Assembly (NCBI GenBank): GCA_951406725.2
Contig: OX597842.1
Span: 31,992,001 to 32,056,000, forward strand
Length of the DNA: 64,000 nt
Reading direction: 5' to 3'
DNA from: Octopus vulgaris
Lineage: Eukaryota
Shown one piece after another: positions 53,666 to 64,000 of the stretch. The notes beneath the pieces are model-generated. The model searched no databases, was not told the origin of the DNA, and was given only the letters and a program-made list of their open reading frames with translations. Numbering within the stretch: position 1 is the first letter of the stretch; every line of letters starts with the position of its first letter. The translations under genes and the position numbers were made by a program.

Positions 53666-56560
53666 ACTGATGATGGTGCCATGTAAAAAGCACTGATGAT
53701 GGTCCCATGTAAAAAGCACTGATGATGGTGCCATGTAAAAAGCACTGATGATGGGGCCACGTAAAAAGCACTGATGATGGGGCCACGTAAAAAGCACTGA
53801 TGATGGTGCCATGTAAAAAAGCACTGATGATGGTGCCACGTAAAAAGCACTGATGATGGGGCCACGTAAAAAGCACTGATGATGGTGCCATGTAAAAAGC
53901 ACTGATGATGGTCCCATGTAAAAAGCACTGATGATGGGGCCACGTAAAAAGCACTGATGATGGTCCCATGTAAAAAGCACTGATGATGGGGCCACGTAAA
54001 AAGCACTGATGATGGTCCCATGTAAAAGCACTGATGATGGGGCCACGTAAAAAGCACTGATGATGGGGCCACGTAAAAAGCACTGATGATGGTGCCATGT
54101 AAAAAGCACTGATGATGGTGCCACGTAAAAAGCACTGATGATGGGGCCACGTAAAAAGCACTGATGATGGTGCCATGTAAAAAGCACTGATGATGGGGCC
54201 ACGTAAAAAGCACTGATGATGGGGCCACGTAAAAAGCACTGATGATGGTCCCATGTAAAAAGCACTGATGATGGGGCCATGTAAAAAGCACTGATGATGG
54301 TCCCATGTAAAAAGCACTGATGATGGGGCCATGTAAAAAGCACTGATGATGGTGCCACATAAAAAGCACTGATGATGGTGCCATGTAAAAAGCACTGATG
54401 ATGGTCCCACGTAAAAAGCACTGATGATGGGGCCATGTAAAAAGCACTGATGATGGTCCCACGTAAAAAGCACTGATGATGGGGCCATGTAAAAAGCACT
54501 GATGATGGTCCCACGTAAAAAGCACTGATGATGGGGCCATGTAAAAAGCACTGATGATGGTCCCACAGGTGATGGTGCCATGTAAAAAGCACTGATGATG
54601 GTGCCATGTAAAAAGCACTGATGATGGTGCCATGTAAAAAGCACTGATGATGGGGCCACGTAAAAAGCACTGATGATGGGGCCATGTAAAAAGCACTGAT
54701 GATGGTGCCACATAAAAAGCACTGATGATGGTCCCATGTAAAAAGCACTGATGATGGGGCCATGTAAAAAGCACTGATGATGGTCCCACGTAAAAAGCAC
54801 TGATGATGGTCCCATGTAAAAAGCACTGATGATGGGGCCATGTAAAAAGCACTGATGATGGGGCCACGTAAAAAGCACTGATGATGGGGCCATGTAAAAA
54901 GCACTGATGATGGGGCCACGTAAAAAGCACTGATGATGGGGCCACGTAAAAAGCACTGATGATGGTGCCACGTAAAAAGCACTGATGATGGGGCCACGTA
55001 AAAAGCACTGGTGATGGTCCCATGTAAAAAGCACTGATGATGGTGCCACATAAAAGCACTGATGATGGGGCCATGTAAAAAGCACTGATGATGGTGCCAT
55101 GTAAAAAGCACTGATGATGGTGCCATGTAAAAAGCACTGATGATGGGGCCATGTAAAAAGCACTGATGATGGTGCCATGTAAAAAGCACTGATGATGGTG
55201 CCATGTAAAAAGCACTGATGATGGTGCCATGTAAAAAGCACTGATGATGGTGCCATGTAAAAAGCACTGATGATGGGGCCACGTAAAAAGCACTGATGAT
55301 GGTGCCACGTAAAAAGCACTGATGATGGTGCCATGTAAAAAGCACTGATGATGGTGCCATGTAAAAAGCACTGATGATGGTGCCACATAAAAAGCACTGA
55401 TGATGGTCCCATGTAAAAAGCACTGATGATGGTCCCATGTAAAAAGCACTGATGATGGTGCCATGTAAAAAGCACTGATGATGGGGCCACGTAAAAAGCA
55501 CTGATGATGGGGCCATGTAAAAAGCACTGATGATGGTGCCACATAAAAAGCACTGATGATGGTCCCATGTAAAAAGCACTGATGATGGGGCCACGTAAAA
55601 AGCACTGATGATGGGGCCACGTAAAAAGCACTGATGATGGTCCCATGTAAAAAGCACTGATGATGGTGCCACGTAAAAAGCACTGATGATGGTGCCACGT
55701 AAAAAGCACTGATGATGGGGCCACGTAAAAAGCACTGATGATGGTGCCACGTAAAGCACTGATGATGGTGCCATGTAAAAAGCACTGATGATGGTGCCAC
55801 GTAAAAAGCAGTGGTGATGGTGCCACGTAAAAAGCACTGATGATGGGGCCACGTAAAAAGCACTGATGATGGTGCCACGTAAAAAGCACTGATGATGGTG
55901 CCATGTAAAAAGCACTGATGATGGTGCCACGTAAAAAGCAGTGGTGATGGTGCCACGTAAAAAGCACTGATGATGGGGCCACGTAAAAAGCAGTGGTGAT
56001 GGTGCCACGTAAAAAGCACTGATGATGGGGCCACGTAAAAAGCACTGGTGATGGGGCCACGTAAAAAGCACTGATGATGGGGCCACGTAAAAAGCAGTGG
56101 TGATGGGGCCACGTAAAAAGCACTGATGATGGTGCCATGTAAAAAGCACTGATGATGGTGCCACGTAAAAAGCACTGATGATGGGGCCACGTAAAAAGCA
56201 CTGATGATGGTGCCATGTAAAAAGCACTGATGATGGTGCCACGTAAAAAGCACTGATGATGGGGCCACGTAAAAAGCACTGATGATGGTGCCACGTAAAA
56301 AGCACTGATGATGGGGCCACGTAAAAAGCAGTGGTGATGGGGCCACGTAAAAAGCAGTGGTGATGGGGCCACGTAAAAAGCACTGATGATGGGGCCACGT
56401 AAAAAGCACTGATGATGGGGCCACGTAAAAAGCACTGATGATGGGGCCACGTAAAAAGCACTGATGATGGGGCCACGTAAAAAGCACTGATGATGGGGCC
56501 ACGTAAAAAGCACTGATGATGCTGCCATGTAAAAAGCAGTGGTGCTGGGGCCACGTAGAA
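53663..56560. repeat. 26-bp tandem satellite, ~111 copies
   Basis: Unit GCACTGATGATGG(T/G)(G/C)CCA(C/T)GTAAAAA, with no spacers. Confidence 0.97.
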
Positions 56561-56739
56561 TGCACGGGTGATGATGATGAGAAATAGTCTGATGGTGATA
56601 ACTATATACATCGATATATCACTAAACTTCCTAGACATGGATCAATATCCGACCCCAACCCAGCTCCATTCTGGCTGCGTATACCTACCACAATTCACCC
56701 ACACAGGGTATATTTCAACATCTTCCCATCTTTTAAATG

Positions 56740-57410
56740 AAATAACGATAGTCTCGTTCCTATTTATGGTATTTCCTGATGCTAAAATACCCACTGGGAA
56801 CGCAGTACATATTTACCACACTGTTTTTTCCCCCTCCAGATGTTCTAATAACATTTTAGGACCCTTCTATGCTTCTGTCCCCATTATTGATGGCCTGACG
56901 ATGTTCTAGTCCCCTGTAAGTTAAAATTCTCTTTTTATAACCATTTCTGGACGTTCTAACGACAGTCTTGTACCCATTTACGGCATTCTTCATTCTGGAA
57001 GTTCTTACGACAGTCTCGATCCAGTTTATGGCTTTTTCTCTTTACCTAGACATTCTAACGACTGTCTAGTACCTATTTACGTGAATGTTCCCTATTTATA
57101 GCCCTGTCTCCTTTGCTGGATGGTCTAACGACACTCCTGTGCCGGTTTGCGACACAATTCCCTACAAGGAACAGACTAACGACAGTTCTATTCTTATTTA
57201 CGACACAATTTCCCACTTGAATGTTCTAACGATGTATTCGAACTCAATTACGGCGCTGTTCCCTACTTTGAACAGACTAACGACGGTCCTGACCCTATTT
57301 ATGGCAATATTTTCTTCCCTGGATGTTCTAACGACAGTGCTGTACCTGTTTATGGCACCATTCCCTTTCTGCTTCTTACGACAGTCCAGTTCCTATTTAT
57401 GCCACAAAGT
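56740..57410. repeat. Old degenerate ~50-bp minisatellite
   Basis: (GTT/AGA)CTAACGACAGT...C(T/C)ATTTA(C/T)GGC recurs at ~56953, 57001, 57053, 57123, 57174, 57223, 57274 and 57326. Confidence 0.75.
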
Positions 57411-57493
57411 CCCACTCAGTCTTTTTGAGTGCAACTCAAAAAGCCATTTGGGACAAAATAAGTTCAATGTGTGTTTTTTTTAATATAAATCTA

Positions 57494-58226
57494 GGATCTT
57501 TTCCGTTTGACCGGCAGTTTTTTAGCATAATTTCCACATCACTAAACATTTTTAAACTTCATATACTGGTAGAATGTGTTTATAAAACATCTTTTTCTCT
57601 TGGCTTTATTGAGAAAATTCTATAGTCTGTAAGATATTTGTTGTTTTTTTCTTCAATTTCTGCAATTTCAACCAATCACTGACGTCTATTGAGGTAAAAA
57701 AAAACATTCTGTGCCGTATGAATATGTCTCTCGTTTAAGAAACAGATTGGGTTAATTTACATTTCTGAAGAAAAAAAGATACCCTTCCCTCACCCCTAAC
57801 CTTAACCCAGATTGAAATGCAATAGATCGATACTAGGGTTATAATTATGGGTGATAATTTCATATGACACCGCTAGAAAAAACTGCCGTTCAAACCGAAA
57901 AGATCCTATCTTTTTCTCTTGGCTTTCTTGATAAAATTCTATAGTTTGTAAGATATTTGTTGTTTTTATTCTTCAATTTCTGCAATTTCAACCAATCAAT
58001 GACGTCTATTGAGGTAAAAAAAACATTCTGTGTCGTATGAATATGTCCCTCGTTTAAGAAACAGATTGGGTTTATTTACATTTGTGAAGAAAAAAAGATA
58101 CCCTTCCCCCTAACCCTAACCCTAAAACAGATTGAAATGCAATAGATCGATACTAGGGCCATAATTATGGGTGACAATTTCATATGACACCGCTAGAAAA
58201 AACTGCCGTTCAAACCGAAAAGATCC
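57494..58226 (-). mobile_element. GGATC-TIR MITE (57494-57906) plus a tandem partial duplicate (57908-58226)
   Basis: Reverse-complement homolog of 48460-48889, with CCCTAA tracts. Confidence 0.88.
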
Positions 58227-58565
58227 TATGTTCCTGTAACACTGTATATGTGTGTGTATATACGTCCGTCACTTTATACACTGTTTCTGTTTTGTGACTG
58301 TGTGTGTGTGTGTCATCATCATCATCATCATCATCATCATTTAACGTCCGCTTTCCATGCTGGCATGGGTTGGACGGTTTGACTGAGGTTTGGTATACCA
58401 GTGGGCTGCACCAGACTCCTGTTAGATTTGGCAAGGTTTTTACAGCTGGAGGCCCTTCCTAATGCTAACCACTCCGAGAGTGTAGTGGGCCCTTTTTTCC
58501 GTGTCACTGGCATAGGAGGGAGGGAGCAGTTACGCGGCACTGACATCGACCACACATGAATGGTG

Positions 58566-58596
<31 letters not shown>

Positions 58597-58617
58597 ATAC
58601 ATATATATATATATATA

Positions 58618-58848
58618 AGCATGGAACAAACTGCCGGCATCAGTTGTTGGTTGTCGGATCACTGCATCCTTGAAAACTTCCATGCTTCCTGAGATTCGCC
58701 AACACCACACCTGAGCTTTCTCCCCTCCATACACACAAGCAAGCATCTATCTGACTCATACACTGTTCACTCCCCAAACAGATGCTTTATACGCAGTTTT
58801 TGACAAGTTGTGGGGCACCTGAGCACTGTATACAATAATTTCATTATG
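58618..58848 (+). mobile_element. 3' end of a related CR1 subfamily
   Basis: WNKLPASVVGCRITASLKTSMLPEIRQHHT*, then a longer UTR ending GCACCTGAGCACTGTATACAAT. Confidence 0.8.
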
Positions 58849-58900
<52 letters not shown>

Positions 58901-59081
58901 GCATGGCTGTGTGGTAAGAAACTTTGTTTTCAACTAAATGGCTCTGGGTTCAGTCCCACCGTGTGGCACCTTGGGCTAGTGTCTTCCACTATATTTTCGG
59001 GCTGCCCAAAGCCTTATGAGTGGATTTGGAAGATGGAAACTGAAAGAAGCCTGTCATCTATCTATCTATATATATAATATA

Positions 59082-60215
59082 AGTGAAAATCAAAAATCGA
59101 AGAATCAAATCAAAATCGATCAACATCAATGGAAATTGCAGCTGTGATATCAGTGCCGGTGGCACATAAGAAAACCATCCGAACGTGACCTTAGCCAGTA
59201 CCGCATTGACTGGCCTCCGTGCTGGTGGCACGTAAAAAACACCATCCGATCGTGGCTGTGCCAGCCTCGCCTGGCCTCCGTGCTGGTGGCACGTAAAAAA
59301 CACCATCTGAGCGTGGCTGTTCGCCAGCCTCGTCTGGCACCTGTGTCAGTGGCACATAAAAGCACCCACTACACTCACGGAGTGGTTGGCGTTAGGAAGG
59401 GCATCCAGCTGTAGAAACACTGCCAGATCTGACTGGTCTGGTGCAGCCTTCGGGCTTCCCAGACCCCAGTTGAACCGTCCAACCCATGCTAGCATGGAAA
59501 GCGGACGTTAAACAATGATGATATATATATATATATATATATATAAACGATAAACGTCTCCCTTTGAAGCCTAGCCAGGCTCATGGGCCCAGTTTACCAG
59601 TTTCTGTGGCATTTGTGTTCCCCCCAGCTGGACGGAACGCCAGTCCATCGCAGTGTTACTCAAGAAACAGATAGAGTGAGATATAGTGGGGGCGAAAGAG
59701 TACAACAGGGGTCACCACCACACCCTCTGCTGGAGCCTCGTGGAGCTTTAGGTGTTTTCGCTCAATAAACACACACAATGCCCGGTCTGAGAATCGAAAC
59801 TGCGATCCTCCGACCTCGAGTCCGCTACCCTAACCACTGGGCCATTGCACCTCCACACACACACACACACACACATATATACATATATATATATATATCA
59901 TCATCATCATCATCATCATCGTTTAACGTCCGTTCTCCATGCTAGCATGGGTTGGACGGTTCGACCGGGGTTCTGGGAAGCCAGAAGGCTGCACCAGGCT
60001 CCAGTCTGATCTGGCAATGTTTCTACAGCTGGATGCCCTTCCTAACGCCAACCACTCCGTGAGTGTAGTGGGTGCTTTTTACGTGCCACCTGCACAGGTG
60101 CCAGGCGAGGCTGGCAACAGCCACGGTCAGATTGGTGTATTTTATGTGCCACCGGCACGGAAGCCAGTCGAGGCGGTGCTGGCATCGGCCACGGGTCGGA
60201 TAGTGCTTTTTACGT
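59082..60215. mobile_element. Two family A SINEs tail-to-tail (59082-59522 +, 59898-60215 -) around a V-like SINE (59555-59855 -)
   Basis: The (ATG)n and (CAT)n tails face each other; the middle element has CTGGACGGAACGCCAGTCCATCGCAG and a tRNA-like head. Confidence 0.82.
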
Positions 60216-60472
60216 ATATATATATATACATTCATAAATGAAGGTGAAAAATTAGATATTAATTTAATAATACCATCAGTTTAACACCAAGTGGCCTAGC
60301 ACATAAAAAACCAGGGAGACAATACAAATTTATACGTAAATATAAGAGAGTTACCGTTGAGTGGTTAACTCTAGTGCTAGAAATAGCTCCTTATTCTGGT
60401 ATAGCCACCGAAGTTGTTTCCACAAAAGAAATAACATTACCTTCAACGTATGGAAAGCGAAATACAACGAAA

Positions 60473-60503
<31 letters not shown>

Positions 60504-61024
60504 CATACATATTGTTTTTGTATTTGGTATGCAAGATTCTTTATGGGAATTTGTGTGTTGAAACAAATTTTGTTGTGTCTAATGAGTCATTATGTTAATA
60601 TTAATAACACATGCACTGGTCCAATTCCACTCCTATGTTATTAGTTAATTGGTTAAATATCTAACTAATTAATAGATTATTTGTTTAATTTGGTTTAATA
60701 GCAACTTGTTTTGTTTTCGTTAAAGTTCCTTCATTGCTATTAGCAACATTTTCAAGCAAAAACAAAAAAAAGAGACCTGGCTGTGAGGTAGATGGAAACT
60801 GAAAGAAGCCCATAGTATATATATGTGTGTGTGTCTGTGCCCCTCTCCCCATTGCTTGATGACCGGTGTTGGTGTGTTTATGGCCCTGTGACTTAGCGGT
60901 TCGGCAAAAGAGATCGATAGGATAAGTACCAGGTTTACAAAGAATAAGTCCTGGGATCGACTTCTTTGACTGAAAAGCAAGAAAAAACACCCCAGTATGC
61001 AACTGTTACTTAATTTCTCGACCC

Positions 61025-61660
61025 CTAATTGACGAACGTAACGGCAGACGAAATGCCTATTTCTTTATTGCTTACAAGGGGCTAAGCACAGAGAGGACAA
61101 ACAAGGACAGACAAAGGGATTAAGTCGATTATATTGAGCCCAGTGCGTAACTGGTACTTATTTAATTGACCCCGAAAGAATGTAAGGCAATGTCGACCTC
61201 GTTGGAATTTGAACTCAGAACGTAGCGGCAAGACGAAATACCTATTTCTTTACTACCCACAAGGGGCTAAACACAGAGAGGACAAACAAGGACAGACAAA
61301 GGGATTAAGTCGATTATATTGAGCCCAGTGCGTAACTGGTACTTATTTAATTGACCCCGAAAGAATGAAAGGCAAAGTCGACCTCGGCGGAATTTGAACT
61401 CAGAACGTAACGGCAGACGAAATACGTATTTCTTTACTACCCACAAGGGGCTAAACACAGAGGGGACAAACAAGGACAGAAAAATGGATTAAGTTGATTA
61501 TATCAACACAGTGTGTAACTGGTACTTAATTTATTGACCCCGAAAGGATGAAAGGCAAAGTCGACCTCAGCGGAATTTGAACTCAGAACGTAACGGCAGA
61601 CAAAATACTACTAAGCATTTTGCCCGGCGTACTAACGTTTCTGCCAGCTCGCCGCCTTAT
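61025..61660 (-). mobile_element. Family C SINE with a ~184-bp internal tandem repeat (x3)
   Basis: GAACGTAACGGCAGACGAAAT at ~61034, 61218, 61403 and 61586. Confidence 0.85.
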
Positions 61661-62011
61661 TACTAAGAAATATTACTGGTCCCTGGCAAACTGGAAAGAA
61701 AACTCAGCTGGTTCGCCACATCAGATGGTTTGAGAAGCGCTGCTATATCATATATAGAGTCTATATATATATAAATGAATCAGAATGAACTTAGGATGTA
61801 TAGTACATTACAAGTATATGTATTCTTGTGTATATATGTCATCGTGTACACACCTAGTTAATTCAACAACAATTTATATACTGTCTCTTTGTATGTTATA
61901 TAAATGAGAATGCGTGTGTGTCTGTGTGTGTATATATGTGTGGGTATATGTGTGTGGGTGTATGTGTGTGTCAGGTATTTTTCCCACGCTACATTGCAAC
62001 AAAGGAATCCA

Positions 62012-62826
62012 CTGTATGGTAGCTAGACCTGGATAGAAATAGCAGCCAAATCTCCCTCAAATCACACCCTACTCTCTTATCTATGTATATATGTATGTAT
62101 GAGCCAATGAGGGAGACCTCTACATGGTAGCTAGACCTCGTAGAAATAGCAGCCAACTCTCCCTCAAATCACACCCTACTCTCTTATCTATGTATATATG
62201 TATGTATGAGCCAATGAGGGAGACCTCTACATGGTAGCTAGACCTGGATAGAAATAGCACCCAAATCTCCCTCAAATCACACCCTACTCTCTTATCTATG
62301 TATATATGTATGTATGAGCCAATGAGGAGACCTCTACATGGTAGCTAGACCTGGATAGAAATAGCACCCAAATCTCACTCAAATCACACCCTACTCTCTT
62401 ATCTATGTATATATGTATGTATGAGCCAATGAGGGAGACCTCTACATGGTAGCTAGACCTGGTAGAAATAGCAGCCAACTCTCCCTCAAATCACACCCTA
62501 CTCTCTTATCTATGTATATATGTATGTATGAGCCAATAGGGAGACCTCTACATGATAGCTAGACCTGGTAGAAATAGCAGCCAAATCTCCCTCAAATCAC
62601 ACCCTACTCTCTTATCTATGTATATATGTATGTATGAGCCAATGAGGGAGACCTCTACATGGTAGCTAGACCTGGTAGAAATAGCACCCAAATCTCCCTC
62701 AAATCACACCCTACTCTCTTATCTATGTATATATGTATGTATGAGCCAATGAGGGAGACCTCTACATGGTAGCTAGACCTGGCAGATATAGCAGCCAAAT
62801 CTCCCTCAGATCACACCTTACTGTCT
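62012..62826. repeat. ~107-bp tandem repeat (~7.5 copies)
   Basis: TACATGGTAGCTAGACCTGGTAGAAATAGCAGCCAAATCTCCCTCAAATCACACCCTAC...GAGCCAATGAGGGAGACCTC at 62121, 62228, 62335 and onward. An inverted partial copy lies at 63765-63860. Confidence 0.93.
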
Positions 62827-63179
62827 TTTCTCTCCCTCTCTGCCTCTGTATATATATATATCATCATCATCATCGTCATCATTTAATGTCTTTTGTCCAT
62901 GCTGGTATGGGTTGGATGGTTTGACCTGGGCTGGTAAGCTGGAAGGCCGCACCAGACTCCTGTCACCTTCCTAACACCAACCGCTCTGAGAGTGTAATGG
63001 ATGCTTTTATGTGCCACCGGAATTTGTGCCATTTGTGTGACACCAGTATCTGCCATGACTGTGATCTTGCTTGGCTTGATGGGGTCTTCTCAAGCACACC
63101 GTAATGCCAAAAGTCTCAATTATTGCCTCCGTGAGGCCGAATGCTCATATATATATGCGTACATGCATGAGAAGACCTG

Positions 63180-63722
63180 GCAGGACAAGTGAGACCGTAA
63201 CCCGTGACCTCTACCTGGGATGTAGCCAGTCCACTTATGCATACCTTTCCTTCTTGGGACACAAAACTACACTTGTGAAGACCTGTTGAGGCAAGTGAAA
63301 ATCAAAATCAAAATCGATCAACATGAATGGAAATTGTCGCTGTGATTCAGTGCTGGTGGCACATAAGAGAAGCATCCGAACGTGGCCGTTGCCAGCGCCG
63401 CCCTGACTGGCCTCGTGCCACTGGCATGTAAATTGCACCATCCGATCATGGCCGTTGCCAGCCTCGCCTGGCCTCCATGCCGGTGGCACATAAAAAGCAC
63501 CAACCAATCGTGGCCATTGCCAGCCTTGTCTGGCACCTGTGCCAGTGGCACGTAAAAAGCACCCACTACACTCACGGAGTGGTTGGCGTCAGGAAGGGCA
63601 TCCAGCCGTAGAAACACTGCCAGATCAGACTGGGCCTGGTGCAGCCTTCTGGCTTCCCAGACCCCAGTTGAACCGTCCAACCCATGCTAGCATGGAAAAC
63701 GGACGCTAAACGATGATGATGA

Positions 63723-63726
<4 letters not shown>
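63180..63726 (+). mobile_element. Family A SINE, long copy with (ATG)n tail
   Basis: Reverse complement of the 30822-31345 copy. Confidence 0.85.
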
Positions 63727-63754
<28 letters not shown>

Positions 63755-64000
63755 CTACTTCCCTCTTTGGCTCATACATACATATATACATAGATATGGC
63801 TGCTATTTCTACCAGGTCTAGCTACCATGTAGAAGTCTCCCTCATTGGCTCATACATACATACATACATACATACATAGTTGCTATTTAGCCCCAGGTCA
63901 GTCCTGATCCAGACAGACCTATGATCAATGATGTTCCAGCCGTGACCATCCCATCTTTTATTCAGGCATAGTGTATCTAGGACTACATTATCTAATGTCT

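Noticed and set aside
53663-56560. CRISPR array, or array of hammerhead/C-box motifs (CTGATGA in each unit)
   Set aside because: There are no unique spacers, no cas genes and the context is eukaryotic. There is also no GAAA, stems or D-box partner.
53611-56638. ~1000-aa His-rich ORFs in three frames
   Set aside because: The 26-bp unit has no minus-strand stop, and the identical peptide appears in all frames, so this is a satellite artefact.
60400-60460. Hammerhead candidate TTGAAGG...GAAAC (minus strand)
   Set aside because: It has two core mismatches and no convincing stems; at most a decayed relic.

Overview
This is eukaryotic, repeat-saturated genomic DNA with no intact host gene. The SINE and microsatellite repertoire strongly resembles an octopus (cephalopod) genome, which is an inference. 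Retroelements include an L1/Tx1-like LINE (open APE endonuclease frame running off the left edge), several CR1-like RT fragments inside a mosaic ~17 kb tandem duplication (11.4-28.1 kb), a Dong/R4-like LINE abutting (TAA)n and cut by a 100-N gap, Penelope-like AT-rich remnants and dozens of SINEs. DNA elements include a Helitron, Tc1/mariner fragments and MITEs. There are five large tandem arrays (52, 254, 121, 26 and 107 bp units), most visibly derived from mobile elements. The most notable observations are: (1) an unspliced pre-tRNA-Leu(CAA), with intron, trailer and T6 terminator, fused to a SINE 3' end and inserted as one unit into a piggyBac-type MITE; (2) four hammerhead-ribozyme-like motifs, three with unusually long stem II; (3) a satellite made of whole piggyBac MITEs. 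All very long ORFs in the supplied track are artefacts of stop-free satellites or microsatellites. Coordinates were read by eye; repeat boundaries are approximate.
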